DNA of 64,000 nucleotides from a virus (Duplodnaviria > Heunggongvirae > Uroviricota > Caudoviricetes), in IMG/VR virus record IMGVR_UViG_3300035520_000350, positions 32,466-96,465 of that record, one strand, 5' to 3'. Numbering within the stretch: the first letter of the stretch is position 1; each line of letters starts with the position of its first letter. The position numbers were made by a program, and so were the translations under genes. Below the pieces are notes generated by a model. It was not told the origin of the DNA and ran no database searches. It saw nothing but the letters and a program-made list of their open reading frames with translations. This document shows positions 8,901 to 17,582 of the stretch, piece by piece.

Positions 8901-11900
8901 GTTAGGAGAAGATACCGGAAGATTAGATACTGGTAATTCTTGTTTCTTCTTAGAGTTGTCTTCGTCTAAGATTTCTCTTATAGATCTTCCTTTAAGTTCT
9001 TTATCAAGAAGCTCTTTATCTAACTGAGTCATTCTCTCAGCACGAGCTACATTGATATTGACAGAATCATCTTTCATAGAATCTAATCCGGAAAGCAATT
9101 CCTTCATGTCAATATCATCTTCCATAGCATCTAAAGCATCATCTGTATCTACAGCATCATCAGCAGCCTTATCCACTTTATCTACTATCTGCTTCATTAC
9201 TTCCATCTCTTCTTCTGAAGAGTCTCTAGCAATGGAAGAGTTAGCAGTAAGTTTATCTACATCTGGTTCTTCTGTAGGTTTTTCTACTGTCTTCTTTTCC
9301 TTAGGCTTATCATCCTTCTTTACTTCATTAGGATTACGGCTTCCTTTAGAATTGACATTAGACGTTACTTCTACAGTATCATCTTTCTTAGTCTTCTCAT
9401 CCCTTACTTTCTTGTCTACAGCAGTTAAGTCTACTCCCTTAGAAGCTTCAATCCTATCATAAATATCTGTCTTAATAGCATCTTTAGTAGGAGTATCTTC
9501 CGTAGTATCAATATCAGCCTGATCAAACTCTTCACCCTTATTGATCTTGATAATGAAGTTCTTAAACTTCATAGCATTTCTCTTACTATTAGCAGTATCA
9601 GTAAAATCAACAGTGAAGTACTTGTTCTCACCAAAGAATACTACATCAATACCTTTGAAGAGTTTCTTTAATCCTTCTGGATCTCTGAGCATTAGCTCAT
9701 AGATAATAGAGATAGGATCGATATCTTCTCTGTATAACCACATCCTTGTATTAGGATTCTTATACCAGTCATTGATAGAGATAAAGACTGTAGTTCTCTT
9801 ATAACCAGCAGACTTGATTCTCTTATCATTGATAAGTCTATCAAGAAGCTCTTTATATAAACCAAAGCTACGCTTGATACTCCAATCATTGTTCTTGAAG
9901 AATGCTTGCTGATAGTAATACAAGTCAACAAACAGATTTCTCTGATCATATCTATCTAAGTCTACATAAGTATACTTGATATAAGGAACATCTGCTTTTA
10001 CTCTATCAAGTAACAGAGTAACTTCTTTACGCTTAACCATTCTTTCCTTATATAAGATTCTCTTAAGAGCTGGATCATAAGTAGCATCCTCTAAGATAGT
10101 CACATAGTCTCCGTTTATGATATAAGAACCTTCTTCTAAGGAACTAAGCATAGACTCAGACATACTTTCTTTATCTTCTGTATTGGAACTAGAAGTAGGT
10201 GTAGTAGGCTGAGGAATATTTACTTGTAACTGATCCTTTACTGTATCCATAAGATTCTTAGTCTTATTACGGATTCTTCCGTTATACATTTTAGTCTTGG
10301 TACTTGCTCTATACTTAAGACTATTAGTAAGACTAGAAGCAGTAATATCCTTAGACTCTACACATAAGTCCTCTGGTGCGTCAAATTCAGTTACCCCATA
10401 TCTTCTAGCTAAAAGATATAAATCGTTTAAATTTGACTCACTTAAGATTTTATAAGCACCTGATAAGGTATTCTCTGAAACCATATTGTAGAAAAACATA
10501 GCTCTTTGTGTAGACTTACCTGTAAAGCATTCTGCTACACAACCAGGGATTACAGTATGCTTTAACTGAGGAAATCTAAGAGCTACTAATCCAGCTATAA
10601 CAAGTTCTACTATACAAGTAGGATATGTGTCTGGATACTCTGTAATAAGACTAGAAATACATTCTACAGTAACCTTATTATCTTCTGTTTCAATAGACTC
10701 TACATTAGAAGCAATAAGAGATAACTCCGGAATATAGTCAAAGCCTAACTCTGTTTCAGACAGTATCTCTGAATACATATCAGGAGTAATAATCTGCTTA
10801 AGCAGATCTATATCCTGTACATAACCAGAGAATTTAATCTTATCATTGATATAGAGAGTATCAGTAGGACTAATAGTAGGGATAAGATATCCCTCTAATC
10901 CACTCTCTTTAGGTAATGGAACCCATGATACGGATTCTTCCATAACAAAGCTTAAAGCTTTCTTATGCTCTGGAGTAAGCTTACTATATACCTCTTTGAT
11001 ATCATAGAACTCTCCAGTAGTCATAAACTCATCTATATCTACAGTATCAAGATTTCCAGAGTAAGTATCAATAGCAGTTCCTACAAATACCTCTGTATAG
11101 AAACCATAGAATCTGTTTTCAGGAGGAAGATCTTTCTGTGTAGTAGTATCCGGATCATCCTTAAACATCTCTACATATCTTACTCCTGTATCATAAGCAG
11201 CTATAACTTCTAATCTAGCTTCTTCTCTACATTCTCTTATAGTACCTTCAAGATGAGATTCATCTGGTTCAAATCCTCCACCGGGAACTTTATAAGTACC
11301 ATCCTCTTTAAAGACTAAGTATACCTTAGTACCAGTCTTATCAAGAATAAGCATTTCTCCTCTACCTCTAAGAGGTTTCTCTACACCAGATACATTAACA
11401 ACACAGTTATATGTACCATCGTTATTATAGTAGCCTCTCTCAGAAGTAATATTGTAGGACTCTGTAAGTACACCAGATTCATTAGTATACTTATAATATT
11501 TCTTGAATCTGTTATTATCACCTACTTTAGGATAAGAATCCTTACAGAACTTACCGATAGCCCTATTAAGATTTTTAGCTAACTCTGCTTCGTCTTCCTT
11601 GTCTACATAGTTAAAGAACTTAATAGCAGACATTACATGAGCTTTACTATCTAAAGGATACTTTCTCTTCTTTGGTAAACCAAAGTCAGAACTCTTTAAA
11701 GCTTTACGCTCTGCCGCTGTCATTTCACATAAACTCTGATAGATATCTACTTCTCTACATTCTCTTACATAACTCTCTGTAACATCATCCACCTTATTCA
11801 TTACCTTAGAGCTAATGAAGTAGGTAAGATCTTTCTCAATATAATAAGACTGGAATCTTAGCTTATTGATAAGCATATTAGAGTTTAAGAGATTCTTAGA

Positions 11901-12023
11901 AGACTCATAGTTAGGAGTAAGTAAGTAGATAACAGAGTGCTTCTTCTTATCACCATCTACTGTTGGTAGAAACAATGGTCTCTTATAAACCTTAAGAGGT
12001 TTAAGATTCTCTAACAAAAGCAT
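5985..12023 (-). CDS. Giant 2012-aa protein. The N-terminal region carries a Nudix hydrolase box. The C-terminal ~680 aa resembles the C-terminal half of the RNA polymerase beta subunit (RpoB).
   Basis: The Nudix box GGGFEPDESHLEGTIRECREEARLEV at aa 248-273 (nt ~11205-11282) fits GX5EX7REUXEEXGU with the G replaced by R. GDKITYNAANKAIISKVIPEGKEPYT matches RpoB GDKMAGRHGNKGVISKIxPxEDMPY. GLSGMNSDRSYSLDKRTYDKSMLGVVGMSTGFSGNVGI resembles RpoB [47 protein letters not shown] before the ATG at 12023. Confidence 0.6.
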   Translation of the reverse strand: MLLLENLKPLKVYKRPLFLPTVDGDKKKHSVIYLLTPNYESSKNLLNSNMLINKLRFQSYYIEKDLTYFISSKVMNKVDDVTESYVRECREVDIYQSLCEMTAAERKALKSSDFGLPKKRKYPLDSKAHVMSAIKFFNYVDKEDEAELAKNLNRAIGKFCKDSYPKVGDNNRFKKYYKYTNESGVLTESYNITSERGYYNNDGTYNCVVNVSGVEKPLRGRGEMLILDKTGTKVYLVFKEDGTYKVPGGGFEPDESHLEGTIRECREEARLEVIAAYDTGVRYVEMFKDDPDTTTQKDLPPENRFYGFYTEVFVGTAIDTYSGNLDTVDIDEFMTTGEFYDIKEVYSKLTPEHKKALSFVMEESVSWVPLPKESGLEGYLIPTISPTDTLYINDKIKFSGYVQDIDLLKQIITPDMYSEILSETELGFDYIPELSLIASNVESIETEDNKVTVECISSLITEYPDTYPTCIVELVIAGLVALRFPQLKHTVIPGCVAECFTGKSTQRAMFFYNMVSENTLSGAYKILSESNLNDLYLLARRYGVTEFDAPEDLCVESKDITASSLTNSLKYRASTKTKMYNGRIRNKTKNLMDTVKDQLQVNIPQPTTPTSSSNTEDKESMSESMLSSLEEGSYIINGDYVTILEDATYDPALKRILYKERMVKRKEVTLLLDRVKADVPYIKYTYVDLDRYDQRNLFVDLYYYQQAFFKNNDWSIKRSFGLYKELLDRLINDKRIKSAGYKRTTVFISINDWYKNPNTRMWLYREDIDPISIIYELMLRDPEGLKKLFKGIDVVFFGENKYFTVDFTDTANSKRNAMKFKNFIIKINKGEEFDQADIDTTEDTPTKDAIKTDIYDRIEASKGVDLTAVDKKVRDEKTKKDDTVEVTSNVNSKGSRNPNEVKKDDKPKEKKTVEKPTEEPDVDKLTANSSIARDSSEEEMEVMKQIVDKVDKAADDAVDTDDALDAMEDDIDMKELLSGLDSMKDDSVNINVARAERMTQLDKELLDKELKGRSIREILDEDNSKKKQELPVSNLPVSSPNEEWHHMQYMNFDKNYDIEKDLVNIFKHFSTVSRPLSVRNIKAEDNSTSEDRLDLYTVEYEDYRGKRYTIKLDIPKIRNDRFLLRGNAKTIQTQFFNMPIIKVDLDTCQIVTNYKKIIISRFNTVSGRSLPNVSRFIKAASKYTGNKIKFVEGNNSRICAKYNLPIDYIDLSGVFTTIETKQYIFYFNQDQIRELYEVNEGLGTPYAYDKENKHLVYYSNKDTIPFIDTLVRDMTYETNSDFYELYSSAKSATGSTYTRAKIMGEEIPLIIVCSYSEGLTQILKKANIEYRFTEKLSSEDRNNISLDWIRFSDGYLVYRVDYNSSLLLSGFKDCDTLSHSFTEVDDKNMYLEFLEDYGGRIKADGLDNFYDCEIDPITKETLEYYKLPTEYISVLLYANYLLSDNKFIRHTDTSSRRARRYELVAAYTYQVMSETYGIYANSLKHNRTQAPFSCKQSAVIDKIMLDPTSSDYSVNNLLNDVETTNAITYKGLSGMNSDRSYSLDKRTYDKSMLGVVGMSTGFSGNVGITRQATLDMNIEGGRGYVKDSKGKTDNMNTAKVLTATEAVMPFIATHDDPMRIAMSFIQTSKHAVRTEQSDPLLVTNGSDEALAYICSDQFAYKAKSKGVVKELTESYMIIQYDDGTEDYINLSETIEKNSDGGFYVPLKLDADEKLKVGSKFKPGQILAYDHLSLSNSLGETDNLAYNVGKLAKIAIINTDEGFEDSGVITEEMAKMLSCDIIGKVDCVLDKDTNIYNVVKVGQHIEQGENLLVWQTPYDEEEVNALLKALANDKEAVSELGRHSVKAEVTGRIAGIKIYRTVDYDEMSDSLRKLVKAYEKPIHELKSKLKEEGIEYTDLPADYPLDATGKLKKSYDSILIEFYIEYTDILGVGDKITYNAANKAIISKVIPEGKEPYTDFRPNEHISAFVSVTSIQKRMVQSTVTYGALQKLMVELDRTCKDMAGIPYDDTKV

Positions 12024-12040
12024 GGCTTTAATACCTCCTT

Positions 12041-12068
12041 GTTGTAAAATTATACTGATGTTGAGCTA
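12041..12068 (-). promoter_or_regulatory. Conserved promoter-like element upstream of the giant gene. Minus sense reads TAGCTCAACATCAGTATAATTTT.
   Basis: The same element lies upstream of the minus-strand genes starting at 18451 and 53885. A TATAAT-like -10 box sits 3 nt after GCTCAACAT. Confidence 0.4.
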
Positions 12069-12125
12069 ATACCGAAATACTGACATTTAGGTAATAAACG
12101 TATTACTATATAAGGAGGTATAACT

Positions 12126-12590
12126 ATGCATGATGATAGAGTGACTAGAGTTGTTTGTAAGAATGATAGAAACAAGTTAGTGGAATTCGAGAAGACCCAT
12201 ATTTATATCTCTACCAATGATCTTGAGATAGCTCCTAATAGAGCTATCACTTTATATCTCGAATATGGAACTAAGACTAACTTTGAGCAGTTGCATACTC
12301 TACTTGATAAGGTATACTATGATATAAATCATGGTATCTATAACACTGGTGGGACAAGAGAACTTACTATACAAAGAATGGAAGTAGAATCTATGTTTGA
12401 GTATAGACTGAATCTTGATGTCTGGGGTGATGAGAAGAACAGAATAGTTCTACAGTTCAATATAGAGACATTAGAGAAAGGTAAACAGAATGATGTATCA
12501 CTGGTATATCTTACTGATTACAATATAACAAACTTATTAGAGTTATGGGAGGTAAAGAGATGGCAAAAGGAAAACAAGAACGAAACATAG
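12126..12590 (+). CDS. Hypothetical protein, 154 aa.
   Basis: ORF with TAAGGAGG as its SD. Confidence 0.55.
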   Translation: MHDDRVTRVVCKNDRNKLVEFEKTHIYISTNDLEIAPNRAITLYLEYGTKTNFEQLHTLLDKVYYDINHGIYNTGGTRELTIQRMEVESMFEYRLNLDVWGDEKNRIVLQFNIETLEKGKQNDVSLVYLTDYNITNLLELWEVKRWQKENKNET

Positions 12591-12994
12591 TATGTGACAC
12601 AAATGATGAGATGGTACTGACATTTGTAAGAAATGAAAAGGACGAGATTTATTTAGGTGAAGAATGTAATTGGGGTGCTTCGGTCGTATATCAATGCAAT
12701 GAGTTTACTCAAAATGCTTTAGACAAGATGATAGTTGATATAGTTGTAACGGCTAAGTTGAAACAGAGAACTATTAGTTCTATGAGATGGTATCCTGGAT
12801 ATAACCCTAGAACTGACTTAGGATATGGTAATTATAGTATCACTTTAAGGTCTGGATATACTAAAAATGGTGAAATGTATCTTACTATAGCATATAGGAA
12901 CCATCAGGAGAATACTGTAAACAAATATAGTATGATAGGAGCAAATAGAATCTCTGACTTTTTAGAGTTCTTAGGATACGATGTAAAGTTATAG
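12545..12994 (+). CDS. Hypothetical protein, 149 aa. Overlaps the previous ORF by 46 nt in another frame.
   Basis: ORF only. The true start may lie downstream. Confidence 0.45.
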   Translation: MGGKEMAKGKQERNIVCDTNDEMVLTFVRNEKDEIYLGEECNWGASVVYQCNEFTQNALDKMIVDIVVTAKLKQRTISSMRWYPGYNPRTDLGYGNYSITLRSGYTKNGEMYLTIAYRNHQENTVNKYSMIGANRISDFLEFLGYDVKL

Positions 12995-13097
12995 AAATAA
13001 GTTCATATATTATAATGATAGTAGATAGAGACCCACTATCTCTATCTACTATTAAATCTGTTATAACAACGAAAGGAGACGAAAGGAGTAACTACTG

Positions 13098-13514
13098 ATG
13101 AGAAAAGTAGGGATAGTGCTAGCAGTAATCATTTGTATCATCTTTGCTGTATCTGTAGCTAGAATCTATATCTTAGAAGGATATGATGACGGCAGTAAGA
13201 AAGATATTAAGCCAAAGATTGTAACACAGATATCTACAGAAGCAACAGAAGAAATGGAAGAATCAGAGTATATGAGAGAATACCTAATAGACTTTGGTTA
13301 TCCAAATGCAGAGTCACTTGACGAAGACCAGATACTAACCGCCTATAATAGAATTGAATATGGTTTTCTTGAGTATGATACAGACATAGAAGAAATGAGG
13401 TGGATTATAGGACAAAACAACCCGTCTATGACTTCTGAAGAACTAGAAGCAATGACAAAGTATGAAGTGTTTATGGAATATGGGAAGATTCCTGACGCTA
13501 CAGAACAACAGTAA
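13098..13514 (+). CDS. Hypothetical membrane-anchored acidic protein, 138 aa.
   Basis: N-terminal hydrophobic segment VGIVLAVIICIIFAVSVA. SD AAAGGAG. Confidence 0.55.
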   Translation: MRKVGIVLAVIICIIFAVSVARIYILEGYDDGSKKDIKPKIVTQISTEATEEMEESEYMREYLIDFGYPNAESLDEDQILTAYNRIEYGFLEYDTDIEEMRWIIGQNNPSMTSEELEAMTKYEVFMEYGKIPDATEQQ

Positions 13515-13543
13515 CAAAGAACAATAAGAGAGGTATAACAAGC

Positions 13544-13580
13544 GGATAGAGGATCTGATCTCTATCCATCATTTTTGCAG
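13544..13580 (+). terminator. Rho-independent terminator.
   Basis: GGATAGAG/CTCTATCC stem followed by ATCATTTTTG. Confidence 0.5.
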
Positions 13581-14003
13581 AAAGGAGAATCAAAAATGAA
13601 AAAGAAACTTAGTGAAACAATCACTTTAAAAGAGATGGAAGGATATACAGATATCTCTGATTTGATCCGTGAGATCAATATGAATCTTGGAGAAGACAAG
13701 GATGAAGTGGATTGGGATGACATACTTCAGTTATGCCACAAATATTCATCTACGTTCGGTGGCTTTAACATCTTTCCGCAGCAACTTAAAGACTACAACA
13801 GTTTCTTGGACCTGAGGAGCAACATCTTAGATGCTATGAGTGGAGACGCTCCTCTTATCGTACGGAAGTGTAGAGACTGCGGTGAAACTTACTTTATCTA
13901 CAAGTCTGAGAAAGAGTTCTACTCGGACAAAGGTTTATCTCTTCCGAAGAGATGTAAGTCTTGTAGATGTAAGAAGAAGAGAATTGATGTAGTCTCAGCA
14001 TGA
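13575..14003 (+). CDS. Hypothetical protein with a C-terminal zinc-ribbon-like motif.
   Basis: CRDCGETYFIYKSEKEFYSDKGLSLPKRCKSCRC contains a CxxC...CxxC arrangement. Confidence 0.5.
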   Translation: MQKGESKMKKKLSETITLKEMEGYTDISDLIREINMNLGEDKDEVDWDDILQLCHKYSSTFGGFNIFPQQLKDYNSFLDLRSNILDAMSGDAPLIVRKCRDCGETYFIYKSEKEFYSDKGLSLPKRCKSCRCKKKRIDVVSA

Positions 14004-14040
14004 GACTTCAGAGATAAATCGAAAGGAAACTAAAGAAAAG

Positions 14041-14454
14041 ATGTGGGAACTAAAGTCACTCAGCACAGACTCAACTATTAGTTTTTCTGTAGATGCTTTG
14101 ATGGTTGAGTGTAAATTATCAAGACGGGGAGTTCATACCGATATGACAATGAGTCATGGACATTTTAGGGACATGGCTCAGCGTATTATCGAGGAAGACA
14201 TGATATTTGAAATGGGCAATAATACTATGGACTCTCTCCAGGGTAAGATAGTATCAACGGGAGTACTTATGAAGTATAACTCTATTTGTGATTGTTTGAG
14301 GGTTGACTGCATAAAGGGAGATGCCGTTGTAATGGAATATAAAGTAGTAACAGAATTATCGGAATTAGACAACGTGGTGAAGTCTATCGTTAACGCGATA
14401 GACTATTTAGATCTTCCAAGTCGTTGCTTAAGGGACATTGGGGAATGTGATTAG
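14041..14454 (+). CDS. Hypothetical protein, 137 aa.
   Basis: ORF only. Confidence 0.5.
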   Translation: MWELKSLSTDSTISFSVDALMVECKLSRRGVHTDMTMSHGHFRDMAQRIIEEDMIFEMGNNTMDSLQGKIVSTGVLMKYNSICDCLRVDCIKGDAVVMEYKVVTELSELDNVVKSIVNAIDYLDLPSRCLRDIGECD

Positions 14455-14554
14455 ACATAAGAAGATCAAACTAAGACATAGGTAACAAAAAGATCAGACC
14501 TCTTTTCAAGCCAACTTTTATATAATCAAGTTGGTAAAGAAGGAGGTCTGACCT

Positions 14555-15172
14555 ATGTTTTACTTATTACAATCAGAAGATAATGTAAATATTTTGATAG
14601 ATCGGTTAAGTAACGAGCAGGTTATTCTGCGGTCACAGGTAGATGAAGTTATACTTCCGGTCTTTAAAGGAAGTAATGCTAAACTAAGTTTTATTTTTTC
14701 TGGTATAAACGTTTCACATGAAGCGCAGGCTTCACAGTTAGATTGGGATGATACATCTAAGGTCATTACCAATATCTTAGGAGATACTCCTAATATAGAT
14801 AATTATAAGCCTAGTTGCATGATGTTCTCTAGTGTATCTATTACACAGAGTGATGACTATAACCGCATTACAGTATCTTTCAGTAGTTACTACAGACTCT
14901 GGAAGAAAGTAAAGAGTGGAGACGGAACATATGAGTTCCAAGTAATTGAGACTGATCCTCATTACTTTGATACTACAGTAAACGCTGATACTTATCAGGG
15001 GGTATTGGTATTAATCAATCTCTATACAAGAGAAGAAGCAGAAGCTTTACTTCATAAGTCTCTGTATCCGGATTATCAGGCTTACAATATCCTTATGGAA
15101 TCTGGTGAAAGAACACTTGCGGAGTCAGGTGAGACTATCATCGGTCAAACTATTTATCCATCAACAGAGTAA
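14555..15172 (+). CDS. Hypothetical protein, 205 aa.
   Basis: SD AAGGAGG 6 nt upstream. The SD lies inside a hairpin (see findings). Confidence 0.55.
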   Translation: MFYLLQSEDNVNILIDRLSNEQVILRSQVDEVILPVFKGSNAKLSFIFSGINVSHEAQASQLDWDDTSKVITNILGDTPNIDNYKPSCMMFSSVSITQSDDYNRITVSFSSYYRLWKKVKSGDGTYEFQVIETDPHYFDTTVNADTYQGVLVLINLYTREEAEALLHKSLYPDYQAYNILMESGERTLAESGETIIGQTIYPSTE

Positions 15173-15178
15173 GATATT

Positions 15179-15214
15179 AGGAGTACGGATATTATCCGTA
15201 CTCCTTTATTTTTT
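15179..15214. terminator. Bidirectional terminator between convergent genes.
   Basis: AGGAGTACGGATA/TTATCCGTACTCCT stem followed by TTATTTTTT. Confidence 0.6.
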
Positions 15215-17519
15215 AAGCATCTGCTACATTGATCCAGCCTAATACTTTCTTCTCTACGCCTACTGCTTCTTCATAAGAACATATTCTGATTCTCTTATTA
15301 TAGATAGCAGACTTAGAGATATAGAATCTACCAGTAATGACAGATGATACATCATTAGTACTAAAGGTATCATATAGATTAATCTTATATAGTCTTACCT
15401 CATCTCCAGCCTGCAATGGCTCAGTCCCATCTTCATCATCTGGATCTGGTTTTACAGCATCTAACTCATCTGTTTCAACCCAACCTGTAATAAGACCTAC
15501 TATACCACAGTTCTCTGCCATAGTAGTAATCTTAGTTCTGTTATTAACAACTATTCCATCATATAGATAGAAAGTACCAGACCTTATACCAGTATTCTCT
15601 GTTCCATAATGTCTTATATAGATAGTAGCTTTATCTAACGATACTTCTCTCTTAGCAAAGATACTCTTCTTAGCCACAATACAACTAAACTCTATAACAC
15701 CAGTATAGTTTCCTATACCTGTTACAGTAACAGCCGCTTCCATATAACCTTCTTCACGTTCTGATGTAGTATAGTATACTGTATACTCTTCTGTATTGAG
15801 TAGAGTTATTCCATCTACTTTAAGAGTAAGATTGTCTAAGTCATAGTATCCTTCATCACTCTTCTCTCCTAAGTCTATCTCCCCTTCTTCTATACTCTTA
15901 GCTACAATATCATAGGTTAAGTGTACTGCACCAATATAGTCTTCTCCCATAGCAGATACAAGTACAGAATAAGTACCTACGTTGATAGATTCTGGTATAG
16001 TAGCAGTATACTCTTCGTTTTCTTTTAAATCTGTTACTATACTAGGAGTTTGTTTCTCTCTGTTATAAGTAAACGAAGTATCTGATAAAGAGATATTGAG
16101 AGTAGAGATATCAATAGTTTTCTTCTTTACTCTGAATTCACCATAGTTAGAGTTAAGTACACTACTTATAACTGGTTTGATATAGATACGAGCAATAGTA
16201 TCAGAAGCACTCTCTATATAAGTAATCTCATAGATATAGTCTTTACCATAAGATAAGGTATAATCTCCTATAACTACACTAAGATTGTCAAATGAGTAAC
16301 AACCACTACTATCTGGATTACCACATGTAATGACTGACTCTGCAAGATCTATAGGAGTAATAGTTATAGGAAGAGTAGCTGTACCATAAAAGTTACTGCT
16401 TAAAGCAGTTACTATAATAGAACCACTACCAGCATAAGTAGTATCTACATACTCTACTTTATAGTCCTGATTAACTTTAAGAAGTTCGGAGTAGTTCTTA
16501 TCGTATATAGATACATAAGGGGTTCTAGGTTCTCCAGCATAAGGTAAAGATCTCTCATAAGTGAATACAAGAGTACTGATATCAGACTTATCTTTATTGG
16601 TCTGTAATCTTATAGAAGTAGATCCACCAAAGTTATTTCGACCTGTAAACTCTACAGTGGTATATGTGTATCTACCATCTTTCTCATTAGTAGCTCTTAG
16701 TGTATAATCTGTATCTTGTACTAAGTCTACTCCTAAGTAAGATAACTTGATAGAATCGAGATCATAATTTCCATCTTCATCTGGATCATCATAAGAAATG
16801 TCTACTGAGTCCATCTGAGCAGGTGTAATCTGATACTCAATTTTCTCAAATCCATAATAATTCCCAGTACCTCTTACAGTGATAGAGGCAGTGCCTACAT
16901 TTAGATTATCATAGTAAGTACAAGTAAAATCTACACCAAGTTGCAGCTTATATCCAGCATCTGTAATAGAAGCAGTAGGACTAAACTCTTCTCTATTATA
17001 AACCCTACTATAACTACTTAAGATAATATTAAGAGTAGATACATCTACAGGAGTTATAGGTGTAGCAGCAAGAGTAGTAGACAGATAGCCAGAGAAGTTT
17101 CCTATAGCATTGAACTCAATGATAGAAAACATATAACCTGTTCCTTTAACTATAGAAACAGTCTTAGTATAGTCTATATCTTGTACTAACTCATATCCCT
17201 CTAATGATGGATATACCTCATTTGCATCATAGCATCCATTCTGATCAGCTTCTCCTGTAATGATAGTAGCTGACTCTATAGACTTAGTATCTATAGTAAA
17301 CTCTTTCTCTACAGTACCAGTATAGTTTCCTATACCTGTGATTATAACCTTACCAGTGCCAACGTTAACGTTGTTCTCATAGCTTAGAGTATAATCTTCA
17401 TCTATAGTAAGGATATTTCCAGCTTCATCTCTTATGATTAGAGTAGGAAATATTTCACTAGCAGTATAAGTAAATGATTGCTCAACTATAATGAAGATCA
17501 TCGAGTTGATATTACTCAT
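15213..17519 (-). CDS. Large protein, 768 aa, with at least 6 tandem Ig-like repeats typical of Firmicutes surface and tail proteins, and a C-terminal SH3b-like cell-wall-binding repeat.
   Basis: The recurring repeat has the form YTLSYENNVNVGTGKVIITGIGNYTGTVEKEFTI. The C-terminus GTFYLYDGIVVNNRTKITTMAENCGIVGLITGWVETDEL is homologous to the repeats in the 17583 ORF. Confidence 0.55.
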   Translation of the reverse strand: MSNINSMIFIIVEQSFTYTASEIFPTLIIRDEAGNILTIDEDYTLSYENNVNVGTGKVIITGIGNYTGTVEKEFTIDTKSIESATIITGEADQNGCYDANEVYPSLEGYELVQDIDYTKTVSIVKGTGYMFSIIEFNAIGNFSGYLSTTLAATPITPVDVSTLNIILSSYSRVYNREEFSPTASITDAGYKLQLGVDFTCTYYDNLNVGTASITVRGTGNYYGFEKIEYQITPAQMDSVDISYDDPDEDGNYDLDSIKLSYLGVDLVQDTDYTLRATNEKDGRYTYTTVEFTGRNNFGGSTSIRLQTNKDKSDISTLVFTYERSLPYAGEPRTPYVSIYDKNYSELLKVNQDYKVEYVDTTYAGSGSIIVTALSSNFYGTATLPITITPIDLAESVITCGNPDSSGCYSFDNLSVVIGDYTLSYGKDYIYEITYIESASDTIARIYIKPVISSVLNSNYGEFRVKKKTIDISTLNISLSDTSFTYNREKQTPSIVTDLKENEEYTATIPESINVGTYSVLVSAMGEDYIGAVHLTYDIVAKSIEEGEIDLGEKSDEGYYDLDNLTLKVDGITLLNTEEYTVYYTTSEREEGYMEAAVTVTGIGNYTGVIEFSCIVAKKSIFAKREVSLDKATIYIRHYGTENTGIRSGTFYLYDGIVVNNRTKITTMAENCGIVGLITGWVETDELDAVKPDPDDEDGTEPLQAGDEVRLYKINLYDTFSTNDVSSVITGRFYISKSAIYNKRIRICSYEEAVGVEKKVLGWINVADA

Positions 17520-17535
17520 ATTTCTCTACCTCCTA

Positions 17536-17580
17536 AACAAAAGGCTGTAAGGCATCTCTTCCTTACAGCCTTGGTATTTG
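17536..17580 (-). terminator. Terminator for the 17583-18041 gene on the minus strand.
   Basis: 12-bp stem AAGGCTGTAAGG/CCTTACAGCCTT followed by a T-run on the minus strand. Confidence 0.5.
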
Positions 17581-17582
17581 AT

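Noticed and set aside
9052-9462. Antisense ORFs inside long genes (for example 9052-9462, 35643-36152, 38077-38547, 40201-40707, 41124-41579).
   Set aside because: They lie opposite well-supported long ORFs. Their translations are Ser/Leu/Ile-rich, low-complexity sequences typical of antisense frames in AT-rich coding DNA.
12545-12590. A programmed -1 frameshift joining 12126-12590 and 12545-12994.
   Set aside because: There is no X XXY YYZ slippery heptamer and no downstream structure in the 46-nt overlap. An ordinary overlapping gene pair is the simpler reading.
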